In this document: one piece after another, positions 27,371 through 35,953 of the stretch
How positions within the stretch are numbered: the first letter of the stretch is position 1
How the letters are laid out: every line of letters starts with the position of its first letter
Source of the DNA: Planctomycetota bacterium
GTDB taxonomy: Bacteria > Planctomycetota > UBA11346
Length of the DNA: 60,711 nucleotides
Direction: 5' to 3'
Assembly: GCA_038213805.1 (NCBI GenBank)
Contig: JBBQSO010000027.1
Span: forward strand, 1 to 60,711
Position numbers and translations under genes: made by a program
Notes under the pieces: model-generated
The model's input: the letters and a program-made list of their open reading frames with translations, nothing else
Databases searched by the model: none
What the model was told of the DNA's origin: nothing

Positions 27371-29512
27371 TTAGCGAACCGCCCCGATCCTGTGCAGCGC
27401 ATACACCAGCTCCTTATACCCATCCGCCAGCATCTGCGCGGCCAGCGTGTCGCCATCGCCATCGGCGCCGGCGGGGCGCAGGTCGATGATCGGTACCCCG
27501 CCATTGAGGGTGTCGGTGACCAGGTCGGTGACGCCGCCCCATAGTTTTTCGGCATCGGGGCGCTGCTCATCGGAGACGCGCGTCGGACCCAGTACCACCA
27601 CCGGCAGGATGCCGCGCGCAATGCAGGCCGCGATGCGATCCTTCCAGAAACGGTCGACGGTCAGCGCAACGGTCTTCTGCAGGGACAATTCGGCGCCGGT
27701 GGTGACGAACACCACCACGTGGTCGCGCACCGGATTGAGCACCGGTGCGGCGCCGCTGAACAGGGTTTCCAGCCAGGCCTGGGTGAAGATCAGTTCTTGA
27801 TCGGCGACATGGGGGGTCTTGCCGGCGAACAGCGCGAGCAATCGCTGACTCGCTGCGACCCGCCACGCTGGCCCCAGGTCGCCAGCGGCAAGCAGCCGGA
27901 TGCGCGTCGGGTCAAGGCCCTTGGGCGGACGCTTGGCGGCGCGCATCAGCGAATCGGTGAGGCGCTGCAGGTTGCGGATGCGGTTGTCGTCCGCGACCAG
28001 CGCCGCCGGGCGCAGTCCGAGATCGCGCGCCGCTGGCTCGCGGTCGCGGACCACCACCACTTTGCCGATCACGAAGCCAGCGTCCTCGGGAAGGTCGAGG
28101 TGCGCGTCGTCATCCTCGATCGCGAGGATGTTCAGCCGCGTGGCGTCGAAGCCGGCCAGCTCCGGGATGCGGATGGGGAAGGGCGTCCAGTCGTTGGCAG
28201 GGAAGATGAAGGGCGGCAATTTCGCGACATGCCCCGACTTGTCGCTGAGCGTGACAATCAACTGCTTGCGGTCGTAACGATTGGGGTGGATGAGCACCAC
28301 CACGCCACCGTCCTTGCCCGAAGCACCGCCGAGGTCCAGGTACATGCCCTGTCGATTGCGTGAGCCGACGCGCGGCGATTTGTAAAAGACGTCGGCCCCG
28401 CCCGGCCAGTGGCCGGGGACGGATTCGCTGCCGTCGACGGGCAGCAGGCGCGGCTTCGCATCCGCATGGAGGACGGTTAGGAAGGCGGGTTTCCACGGTG
28501 TGGGATCGTTGTCAGAGACGATCACCAGCGGTGCAGGCGCCGGCGGTGCTGGGGGCGCTGGGGGCGTGGTGGTGGTTACCGGAGGCGTCACCGCGGTAGG
28601 TGGCGGGCTGGGGAGTTGCACGGTCACCGGTGGTAGTGGCGGCGGGACAAGCGGAGCTGGCTCGACATGTGCGATCGCCACGATCGGCTGCCGGGCCTTG
28701 GCGAGGCGCGCGCGCACCTCGCTTTCACGCGTGCGCACGGTGGCGAAGGCCACGTCCTCGGGCAGGGCGGGCAGCGTCGTCAGCAGGTGGTCGATCTCCG
28801 CGAGTCGCCCGGCCCCGAGCGCCTCTTCGGCGTCATCGAGGTGTGCCTGACGCTGGCGCTGCACATCGCGGGTGAGGTCCTGACGGACGAATTCCGGACA
28901 TTCCGGGTCGTGCTGCGCCTGCTTCCAGGCTTCCAGGGCATCGACGGCGTAGTCGATCCGGCTCTTGGCCGCGCGCTGCGGCTGGCTGCCGACGGTCGGC
29001 TGGTCGGTGGGCGTCGCCGCTGCCGGCCGCGTGCGCTGGCCGGACAGCGCCACCGCCGCGGTCGCGCCGGCGACCAGCAGCAGGCCGGCGGCGATCGCCA
29101 CATAGGCGGGTCCGCGGCTGGCCTTCGCCCCCGTCGTCGTCAGCACCGGAGCGGGAGGCGTCGGCTTGCCGAGGTGCAGGACGGGCGCTTCGAAGAAGCC
29201 GTTGATGGCCTGCTTGCGGCGATGGCCGTTGATGTTCATCGCGGTGGTGAAGCTGAACAGCTGGAGGTGCGGCCGGCGCGCCAGCTCGACGCGGTAGGTG
29301 GTCGCGTCCAGGCCGCGCACCGCACGCATCTGGTTGATGCGCACCTGCGCCTTGCCTGGCAGGCTGTCGACGCACAGCGGGCAGACCAGCGCGCCGTCGA
29401 CGCGCACCGCCAGGCCCTCGGCGAGCTCCTCGGGCAGGATCAGTGCTCCGCAGCTGCCGCAGCTCAGGCTCGGCGCGGGCTCGGTGGCGGTTGGGGCGGT
29501 GGGAGCGGCCAT
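27371..29512 (-). CDS. Hypothetical bitopic membrane protein: N-terminal Zn-finger, TM helix, Pro-rich linker, SGNH-like C-terminus
   Basis: CGSC...CPLC; TM segment YVAIAAGLLLVAGATAAVAL; PPPLPPVTVQLPSPPP linker; C-terminal GILPVVVLGP...GVPIIDLR. Confidence 0.7.
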   Translation of the reverse strand: MAAPTAPTATEPAPSLSCGSCGALILPEELAEGLAVRVDGALVCPLCVDSLPGKAQVRINQMRAVRGLDATTYRVELARRPHLQLFSFTTAMNINGHRRKQAINGFFEAPVLHLGKPTPPAPVLTTTGAKASRGPAYVAIAAGLLLVAGATAAVALSGQRTRPAAATPTDQPTVGSQPQRAAKSRIDYAVDALEAWKQAQHDPECPEFVRQDLTRDVQRQRQAHLDDAEEALGAGRLAEIDHLLTTLPALPEDVAFATVRTRESEVRARLAKARQPIVAIAHVEPAPLVPPPLPPVTVQLPSPPPTAVTPPVTTTTPPAPPAPPAPAPLVIVSDNDPTPWKPAFLTVLHADAKPRLLPVDGSESVPGHWPGGADVFYKSPRVGSRNRQGMYLDLGGASGKDGGVVVLIHPNRYDRKQLIVTLSDKSGHVAKLPPFIFPANDWTPFPIRIPELAGFDATRLNILAIEDDDAHLDLPEDAGFVIGKVVVVRDREPAARDLGLRPAALVADDNRIRNLQRLTDSLMRAAKRPPKGLDPTRIRLLAAGDLGPAWRVAASQRLLALFAGKTPHVADQELIFTQAWLETLFSGAAPVLNPVRDHVVVFVTTGAELSLQKTVALTVDRFWKDRIAACIARGILPVVVLGPTRVSDEQRPDAEKLWGGVTDLVTDTLNGGVPIIDLRPAGADGDGDTLAAQMLADGYKELVYALHRIGAVR

Positions 29513-29633
29513 GCTATCCTGGCTACCCTACTGGCGCCCCGGCGCTTGGCCAGCCGCGGGCGGACCCTCGCCCAGGCGGCGTACCGTGCGCCCGGACGCT
29601 GGTTTCGGCCGTTCGCGCTGGCAGACTGCCGGC

Positions 29634-30215
29634 ATGGATACCGAGGCGCCCCTGGTGCTGGCGATGCCGCGGCGCGAGCTGTTCCGCGTCTCCGGGTTCA
29701 CCAAAAACATTGATTTCGGGGTGCTGGCCTCGGTCGCCGACGAGGCCTGGTACGCCGCTCCCGACACCCTGATCGGCAATCTCGACGCCAAGGAAGTCCG
29801 CCTCGGCTTGGTCGTTGCGCGGCCCATCAGCGGCGGCGGCGAAGAAGTGCTGGTGCACGAGGGCGGCGTGCTGTTGCACGCCACGTCGATCCCGCCCGAG
29901 GTCGGCGATATGGGCCCGGGTCTGCGCGCGCTGCGCAAGCTCGCCCTCGCCGCCGGCGGCTTCCTGCTCGGTCTGGGCAAGGCGGCGCCGGGGCGCGTCG
30001 AGTTGGTCGGCTACCTCAACGACGACGCCCTCCCAGAGTGCCGGGAGTGCTTCATCCTGGTCTACCGCCTGCAGGTCGACGCCGACCACCCGGCGCCGCT
30101 CGAGATGCTGTGGACCTCTGCTACCGGACTCGAGCAGGTGCCGCTCGACCCGGTCAGCGTACTGATCGCCGCGGGCTGGGGTCAGCCCGCCGCCCCGGCC
30201 AGGAAAGACGGCTGA
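29634..30215 (+). CDS. Hypothetical protein resembling a degenerate MutT-like phosphoesterase (COG4112-like)
   Basis: VLAMPRRELF at the N-terminus and LVGYLNDD..ECFILVYRL resemble that family; no intact Nudix box. Confidence 0.5.
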   Translation: MDTEAPLVLAMPRRELFRVSGFTKNIDFGVLASVADEAWYAAPDTLIGNLDAKEVRLGLVVARPISGGGEEVLVHEGGVLLHATSIPPEVGDMGPGLRALRKLALAAGGFLLGLGKAAPGRVELVGYLNDDALPECRECFILVYRLQVDADHPAPLEMLWTSATGLEQVPLDPVSVLIAAGWGQPAAPARKDG

Positions 30216-30225
30216 GGGCGGCGGG

Positions 30226-33200
30226 GTGGACGCCCGGCAGCCGAACCAGTCAGGGCCGCCGTACGAGCAGCGCGCCGTGGAGGTGCTCGCCGCCGCCAGC
30301 CAGGTCGACGGCGAGACCCTCGCCATCGCCCGACTGACCGGCGTCGCCCGGCAGGAGGAGCTCGAAAGCCAGCTTGGCGCATGGCGCCGCGCGGTGACCA
30401 GCGATCAGCCTCGCTTCGCCGTCGAGGAGCGTATCGGCCAGGGTTCACAGGGCGTAGTCTTCGCGGTGCGTGACCGCGATTGCCGGCGCGAGGTCGCGCT
30501 GAAAACCCTGCACCACACCGGCTGCGACCTTGACGAGATCAGCCGCTTCATCCATGAGGCGCAGATCACCGCGCAGCTCGAGCACCCCGGCATCGTGCCG
30601 GTGCACGATTTCGGTGTGCTGCCCAACGGCACGGTGTTCTACACCATGAAGCGCGTCGCCGGGCAGTCGCTGGCCGACCACCTGTTGACCCGCGCCGGCC
30701 AGCCCGAGCACCGCTTCGACCTGCTCCAGCTCTTGCAGCGTGTGTGCGAAGCGGTCGCCTTCGCGCACAGCCGCGGGGTGATCCACCGCGACCTCAAGCC
30801 GCGCAACATCATGGTCGGCACCTATGGCGAGGTGCTGGTCATGGATTGGGGCCTGGCCAAGGTCCTGGGGGAGCCCGGACATGCGCGCCCGGGTTGGCGG
30901 CAGACCATGGTCAGCGACGGCGACGACCACCGCACGCTCGACGGGGCCGCGGTCGGCACGCCTGCCTATATGAGTCCGGAGCAGGCGCGCGGTGCCGGCG
31001 AGCCGGTCGATGCGCGCAGCGACATCTACTCGCTCGGCGTGATGCTCTACGAGATCCTCGGCGGCGTCTCGCCCTACCAGCGCGGGCACGTGCGCCGCAC
31101 CCTTGAGCAGGTCGGCGCCGGTCAGTGGACGCGCCTCGACGAGCGCACCCTGGGCCGCGACCTGCCGCGGCCGCTGGTGGCGATCGCGCACAAGGCGATG
31201 GCGCTGCTGCCGAGCGAGCGATACGCGGCGGTCGACGGCCTGATGGCCGACCTGCGCCAGTTTCTCTCCGGGCACGCCGTCAGCGCCTACCGCGAGACGC
31301 CCCTTGAAGTGATGCTGCGTCAGCTCGCCCATCACCGCAAACAGGTCGAGGCGATCGTCGTCACCACCCTGCTCGCGCTCGGCGCCGGCATCGCCCTGTG
31401 GTTGTACGTCGGGCGCCAGGAGGAGGCGATGCTGCAGGCGCTACGCGCCGCCGCGCAGCGCCAGGAGGAGGCCGGGGATTTCGACGGCGCGCGTGGCAGC
31501 CTCGACCGCATCCTCGCCTACCGGCCCGTGGACCTCGCCGCACTCAAGGGGCTGGAGCGCCTCGACGCCAGCATCCAGCGCCGCGAGGCCGCGCAGCTCG
31601 ACGCCCAGCAGCACGTCGCCGCCGAGCGCCTGCGCAGCGAGGCGCGCGCTTTCGAGACGCGCGGGGGCCCCGGCGACCTGCAGGCGGCGGCGGAATGCTA
31701 CCTCAAGGTGCTGGGCGTGCTGCCTCGCGATGGCGACGCGCGCGCCGCTTACCAGGCCATCATCCAGCGCAAGACCCACCTCGAGGAACTGCTCGGTCAG
31801 GAGGAGCTGGCGCGCGCCCGCGCCGCGCAGGCCACCGAGCTGCGCCGCCGGGCCCAGGTGGCCAGCGACGGCGCCGAACTGGGGGAGGCGCTCGGCTTCA
31901 TCAACGCCGCGCTGGGCGTCCGCAATGATCCCGAGTTCTCGCTGTTCCGCAGCACCCTGCTCGACCGCATGAAGGAGCAGGATGAACGCGCGCGCCGCGC
32001 GCAGCGCCGCAGCGAGGCGGACCAGCAGTTCCGCCTGCTTGACGAGGCGGTGGCGCACGGCGCGGCGCCCGCCGCCGGCGAGTTCCTGACCCGCGCGCGC
32101 GCCCTCGACCCGGCCCACCCGGAGCTCGCCTACTACGAGGGGCTGGTCGCCGCCGCGCAGCGCGAGGAGCGCGAGCGTAGCGCCGCCGCCACCCTCATCG
32201 CCGCGGCCACCGCCAGCGACCGCGCTGCCGCGCTGCGCTTGGCGCTGGAGCGCGTCGACCGCGAGGTGCGCCGCCTCGAATCCGACCTGCTCGAGCGTGG
32301 CGAGACCGCGGTACGCGAGCGCCTGCACGACCTCGAACAGGAGCAGACCGACATCGCCCGCCAGCGCGCCCAGGCGCTGTCCGGCGCGCTCGCCCTGCTC
32401 CTCCAGGCGCAGGCAGCCGCCCCCGGCTACGCCAAGGTCCTGGCGGCGCTGGCCGACTACGACGTCGCGCGCCTGCTCGAGGCCGAAGCCGCCGGGCGCT
32501 TCGATGAGGCCGCCGCCGCCGAGGCCCAGGGCCGCCTGCACGACCAGGCGCACCGCTACGCCGACCTGCTTGACGGGCACGCGCGCGTCTCCTGCCCTGC
32601 CGATGCCGCGGGCTTCACCCTGTGCCTGATCAGCGGGCAGAGCGACCGCCGCGACGCCGCCACTGGCGAAACGGTGACGGTACTGCCGGGTGGCGAGGCG
32701 GTGATCGCGCAAGGCCGCTACGAGGTGCGCGGACTGGTCGCCGCGCCGTCCGGCCAGGTCACGCTGGCGGCGCGGCGCTGCGAACGCGGCAAGACCTACG
32801 CCCTGCGCCTGCCCGTGCCGCCAGTGCTGCCCGACGGGGTCGCCTTCATCCCAGCCGGTGAGATCCAAGGCAGCGACGGCCGCGCCATCGCGGTTGCCGA
32901 GTTTGCCCTGGCCCGTCGTGAGGTGACCTGTGGCGAATACCTCGACTTCCTCAACGACCCGGACACGCGCAAGGCCTTCGCTGCCGAGCTTCATGCCGGC
33001 AACCTGGTCTACGCGCCGCGCGCCGCCTTCGCCGCCGATGGCAGCCTGTGGCGCCAGCGCAGCACGCCGCCGTGGATGAAAGGCCAGGGTGCCTTCCTGC
33101 TCGAGAGCAGCGGCGAGCGCGGCGAGCCGATCCCGCCGGCGCGGCCGCTGGCCGGCATCAGCTACGACGACGCCGTCGCGTTCGCGCGCTGGTGCGCCAG

Positions 33201-33588
33201 ACGCGATAACCTTCCCTGGCGCCTGCCCGGCGCGGACGAGTGGCAGCTCGCCGCCGAGGGCGGTGACGGCCGCACCTACCCGTGGGGCGACCGCGCCGAC
33301 CTCGGTTTCTGCGCTTCGGCCCTGACCAGCGAGCGCGCCCAGGCCCTGGCCGCCGGCGGGGCCTTCCCGACCGATTGCTCGGTGCAGGGCGTCTACGACC
33401 TCGCCGGCTCGCTTTCGGAGTTCACCGCCGGGGTATCAACCCTGAACCCGAGCTGGCGCATCATCGCCGGCGGCAATTTCACCGATCGCAAGCCGGAGCG
33501 CTTCGCTGCATCGGGGCGGCGCGAAGTCGACGCGCGCTATGTCCATCCCGGCTGTGGACTGAGGTTGGCGCTGACGATTACGCGGTGA
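30226..33588 (+). CDS. Ser/Thr protein kinase - TM - TPR/coiled coil - FGE-sulfatase (SUMF1) domain protein
   Basis: IGQGSQG, VALK, HRDLKPRN, DWGLAK, GTPAYMSPEQ; FGE motifs EVTCGEY, ISYDDAVAFARW, RLPGADEW, YPWG, DLAGSLSE, GLRL. Confidence 0.92.
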   Translation: MDARQPNQSGPPYEQRAVEVLAAASQVDGETLAIARLTGVARQEELESQLGAWRRAVTSDQPRFAVEERIGQGSQGVVFAVRDRDCRREVALKTLHHTGCDLDEISRFIHEAQITAQLEHPGIVPVHDFGVLPNGTVFYTMKRVAGQSLADHLLTRAGQPEHRFDLLQLLQRVCEAVAFAHSRGVIHRDLKPRNIMVGTYGEVLVMDWGLAKVLGEPGHARPGWRQTMVSDGDDHRTLDGAAVGTPAYMSPEQARGAGEPVDARSDIYSLGVMLYEILGGVSPYQRGHVRRTLEQVGAGQWTRLDERTLGRDLPRPLVAIAHKAMALLPSERYAAVDGLMADLRQFLSGHAVSAYRETPLEVMLRQLAHHRKQVEAIVVTTLLALGAGIALWLYVGRQEEAMLQALRAAAQRQEEAGDFDGARGSLDRILAYRPVDLAALKGLERLDASIQRREAAQLDAQQHVAAERLRSEARAFETRGGPGDLQAAAECYLKVLGVLPRDGDARAAYQAIIQRKTHLEELLGQEELARARAAQATELRRRAQVASDGAELGEALGFINAALGVRNDPEFSLFRSTLLDRMKEQDERARRAQRRSEADQQFRLLDEAVAHGAAPAAGEFLTRARALDPAHPELAYYEGLVAAAQREERERSAAATLIAAATASDRAAALRLALERVDREVRRLESDLLERGETAVRERLHDLEQEQTDIARQRAQALSGALALLLQAQAAAPGYAKVLAALADYDVARLLEAEAAGRFDEAAAAEAQGRLHDQAHRYADLLDGHARVSCPADAAGFTLCLISGQSDRRDAATGETVTVLPGGEAVIAQGRYEVRGLVAAPSGQVTLAARRCERGKTYALRLPVPPVLPDGVAFIPAGEIQGSDGRAIAVAEFALARREVTCGEYLDFLNDPDTRKAFAAELHAGNLVYAPRAAFAADGSLWRQRSTPPWMKGQGAFLLESSGERGEPIPPARPLAGISYDDAVAFARWCARRDNLPWRLPGADEWQLAAEGGDGRTYPWGDRADLGFCASALTSERAQALAAGGAFPTDCSVQGVYDLAGSLSEFTAGVSTLNPSWRIIAGGNFTDRKPERFAASGRREVDARYVHPGCGLRLALTITR

Positions 33589-33809
33589 GGGGGGGGCAGG
33601 CAAGCGGTGCTGCGCTAGCAGTCGAACCCACTGGGCCGCTATTGATCACGTCGCAAACCCCGCGACGACACCCACGGCCGCTGCGACGTGGGATTCCCAT
33701 CCAAGCTCCATGCGGGTCCGATCAAACTCCCTGATGGGGCCCAGCACGGGGCGTTGCACGCCAGCCATCAGCGTAGTTGCGACCGTGCGACCCGCCCCAC
33801 AATCCCCCC

Positions 33810-34280
33810 ATGCGCTATCGCGATGCGGCCCATGTTGACGTCGGTGGATTCTACGCCCGCCGGCCGGAGCTCGGCAAGGGCTATCGGTTGCTCGGTTATG
33901 TCGCCATCCTCTTCGCCGCCATCCACTACGACGATGCGGAGACGCTCGCGCGCCTGCTCATCGCCCTGGTGTTGGTGTGGCTTGCGGCCTGGTACCGCAT
34001 CGTCGGCACCTTGTGGCGCTCCAGCGTGGTCGCCGCGGCGCTGCTCTGCGCGGTGCTGCTCAGCGGTCACCGTCTGCATTGGCAGTGCCCGTTCTGCCCG
34101 GTCACGGCTGACGGCTGGCGGCCGACGGCTGACGGCACGTCATCATCATCGCTCGCGGAATCGGACCGTCAGGCATCCGCAGCAGCACATTTGGCGCGTA
34201 GCGCCGCAGCGTCAGCCGTCAGCCGTCAGCCGTCAGCCGCCAGCCAATCCCAGGCCGCCCCGGCCGGGAGCCCCCCATGA
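33810..34280 (+). CDS. Small hypothetical membrane protein whose 3' part runs through a heptamer-repeat element
   Basis: Three hydrophobic segments and a CPFC motif; stop overlaps the psd start (ATGA). Confidence 0.5.
   Translation: MRYRDAAHVDVGGFYARRPELGKGYRLLGYVAILFAAIHYDDAETLARLLIALVLVWLAAWYRIVGTLWRSSVVAAALLCAVLLSGHRLHWQCPFCPVTADGWRPTADGTSSSSLAESDRQASAAAHLARSAAASAVSRQPSAASQSQAAPAGSPP
34104..34245. repeat. Inverted heptamer-array element (GACGGCT-type left arm, GTCAGCC x4 right arm)
   Basis: acggctgacggctggcggccgacggctgacggc ... gtcagccgtcagccgtcagccgtcagccgccagcc. Confidence 0.8.
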
Positions 34281-35020
34281 CCTTCGCGCGCTGGGGCATC
34301 CCGACCCTGTTCTGGGCCACCCTCGTGCTCGCCTGGGGCCTGTGGCTGCTGCCGCCCGGGCCAGTGCGCTGGGCGGGCGCCGCGGTCGCGGCCTTCTGCT
34401 GGCTGTTCACCCTGGCGTTCTTCCGCAACCCGCGGCGCACGCCGGCCGGTGGCGAGCACTGCCTGATCGCGCCCGCTGATGGCGTGGTCGCCGACATCGG
34501 CGAGGTCGACGAGCTCGAGTTCATCGGTGGCCGCGCGCTGCGCATCGGCATCTTCCTGTCGGTCTTCGACGTCCACGTCAACCGCTCGCCGCTCGCCGGC
34601 GAGGTGGTGTGGGCGCGCTACACGCGCGGCGCCTTCCTCGACGCACGCCATCCCGACGTCAGCCACGCCAACGAGTGCAACGCCATCGGTCTGCGCGCGG
34701 CGGACGGCGCCGCCTCCGGGCTCAAGGTGCTCGTGCGGCAGCTTTCCGGGCTGATTGCGCGGCGCATCATCTGCACCCATGGGGTCGGCGACCGGCTCGC
34801 GCGCGGCGAACTCTTCGGCATGATCAAGTTCGGCAGTCGCACCGAGATCTGGATCCCGGTGGCCTATCCACACCAGGTGAAGGTGCAGGTTGGTGCGCGC
34901 GTGCGCTGCGGCGAGACCGTGCTGGTCGAATTGAACCACGCGGCGCACGCGCTGACCCTGGTGCCAGGCGGTCGCGGTCCCGCCGACGCGGTTCCTGTTG
35001 GCGTGGCGGAGTTTCCATGA
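34277..35020 (+). CDS. psd: Phosphatidylserine decarboxylase proenzyme
   Basis: FFRNPRR, APADG, IFLSVFDVHVNRSP, IARRI, GMIKFGSRT autocleavage motif. Confidence 0.95.
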   Translation: MTFARWGIPTLFWATLVLAWGLWLLPPGPVRWAGAAVAAFCWLFTLAFFRNPRRTPAGGEHCLIAPADGVVADIGEVDELEFIGGRALRIGIFLSVFDVHVNRSPLAGEVVWARYTRGAFLDARHPDVSHANECNAIGLRAADGAASGLKVLVRQLSGLIARRIICTHGVGDRLARGELFGMIKFGSRTEIWIPVAYPHQVKVQVGARVRCGETVLVELNHAAHALTLVPGGRGPADAVPVGVAEFP

Positions 35021-35937
35021 GCGAGAAGCTCACCACCGTGCGTTCGCGCATGCGCCGGCTCAAGACCCTGCCGGTGCTGCCGACCATCCTCACCGCCGGC
35101 AACCTGGCGAGCGGCATCACCGCCATCCTGTGCGCGGCCCACTACGAAAAGCAGTCCCATCCGTGGATGCTCGAGATGGGCGCGATCATGATCTTCGTGG
35201 CGATGATCTGCGACATGCTCGACGGCAAGGTCGCGCGCATGACCAAGACCGACGGCCCCTTCGGCGCGGAGCTCGACAGCCTCTCCGACGTGGTCAGCTT
35301 TGGCGTCGCTCCGGCCATCCTCGTCCACCGCCTGGTGCTGGGCGAGCCCGGCGTGTTCGACCACGGCCAGCGCCTGCTGTGGTTCATCACGGTGTTCTTC
35401 CCGGTGATGGCCGCGATCCGCCTGGCGCGCTACAATGTCGAGCACACCGACGTGCCGGTGCCCTATTTCCGCGGCATCCCCTCGCCCGGCGCGGCCGCGG
35501 TGGTGTGCTCGTGGATCATCTTCCACCAGGAAGTGCTGCAGCCGCCGAACTCCGCGCTCGGTTACCGCTACGACGGCCTCGAGACCCTCGACATGTGGCG
35601 TTGGGTGATCATCGGACTGACCATGGCGTCGGCGCTGCTGATGGTCTCGACGGTGCGCTACCCGCATGTCGGGCAGACCCTGCTCGGGCGTCTCGGCTTC
35701 CGGCAGATGATCGTCGGCATCCTGCTGGTCAGTCTGCTTATCTGGAAGCCGCCCTACTTCCTGGTCATCGCCACCACCGGCTACCTGCTGCTCGGCCTGG
35801 GGGGCGAGGCCATGGCGATGTGGCGCAAGTGGCGCCTGGGCCGCAGCCTGATCGAGGACGCCGACGAAGACGAGGCGGAGGACGCCGGGGTCATCGGCGA
35901 GAAGCACCACGACACCGGTCCCGCGCCGGGCCGCTGA
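35017..35937 (+). CDS. pssA: CDP-diacylglycerol--serine O-phosphatidyltransferase
   Basis: LPTILTAGN, DMLDGKVAR, FGAELDSLSDVVSFGVAPA, RLARYN, FRGIPSP; ATGA overlap with psd. Confidence 0.95.
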   Translation: MSEKLTTVRSRMRRLKTLPVLPTILTAGNLASGITAILCAAHYEKQSHPWMLEMGAIMIFVAMICDMLDGKVARMTKTDGPFGAELDSLSDVVSFGVAPAILVHRLVLGEPGVFDHGQRLLWFITVFFPVMAAIRLARYNVEHTDVPVPYFRGIPSPGAAAVVCSWIIFHQEVLQPPNSALGYRYDGLETLDMWRWVIIGLTMASALLMVSTVRYPHVGQTLLGRLGFRQMIVGILLVSLLIWKPPYFLVIATTGYLLLGLGGEAMAMWRKWRLGRSLIEDADEDEAEDAGVIGEKHHDTGPAPGR

Positions 35938-35953
35938 GCCCGGGCGGTCTGCG

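Noticed and set aside
32820..33588. FGE/C-lectin-fold domain as a diversity-generating retroelement target
   Set aside because: No reverse transcriptase and no template repeat differing at adenines seen in the window.
33612..33637. GGGTTCGA on the minus strand as a tRNA T-loop
   Set aside because: The flanking bases do not form a T-stem and no cloverleaf can be built.
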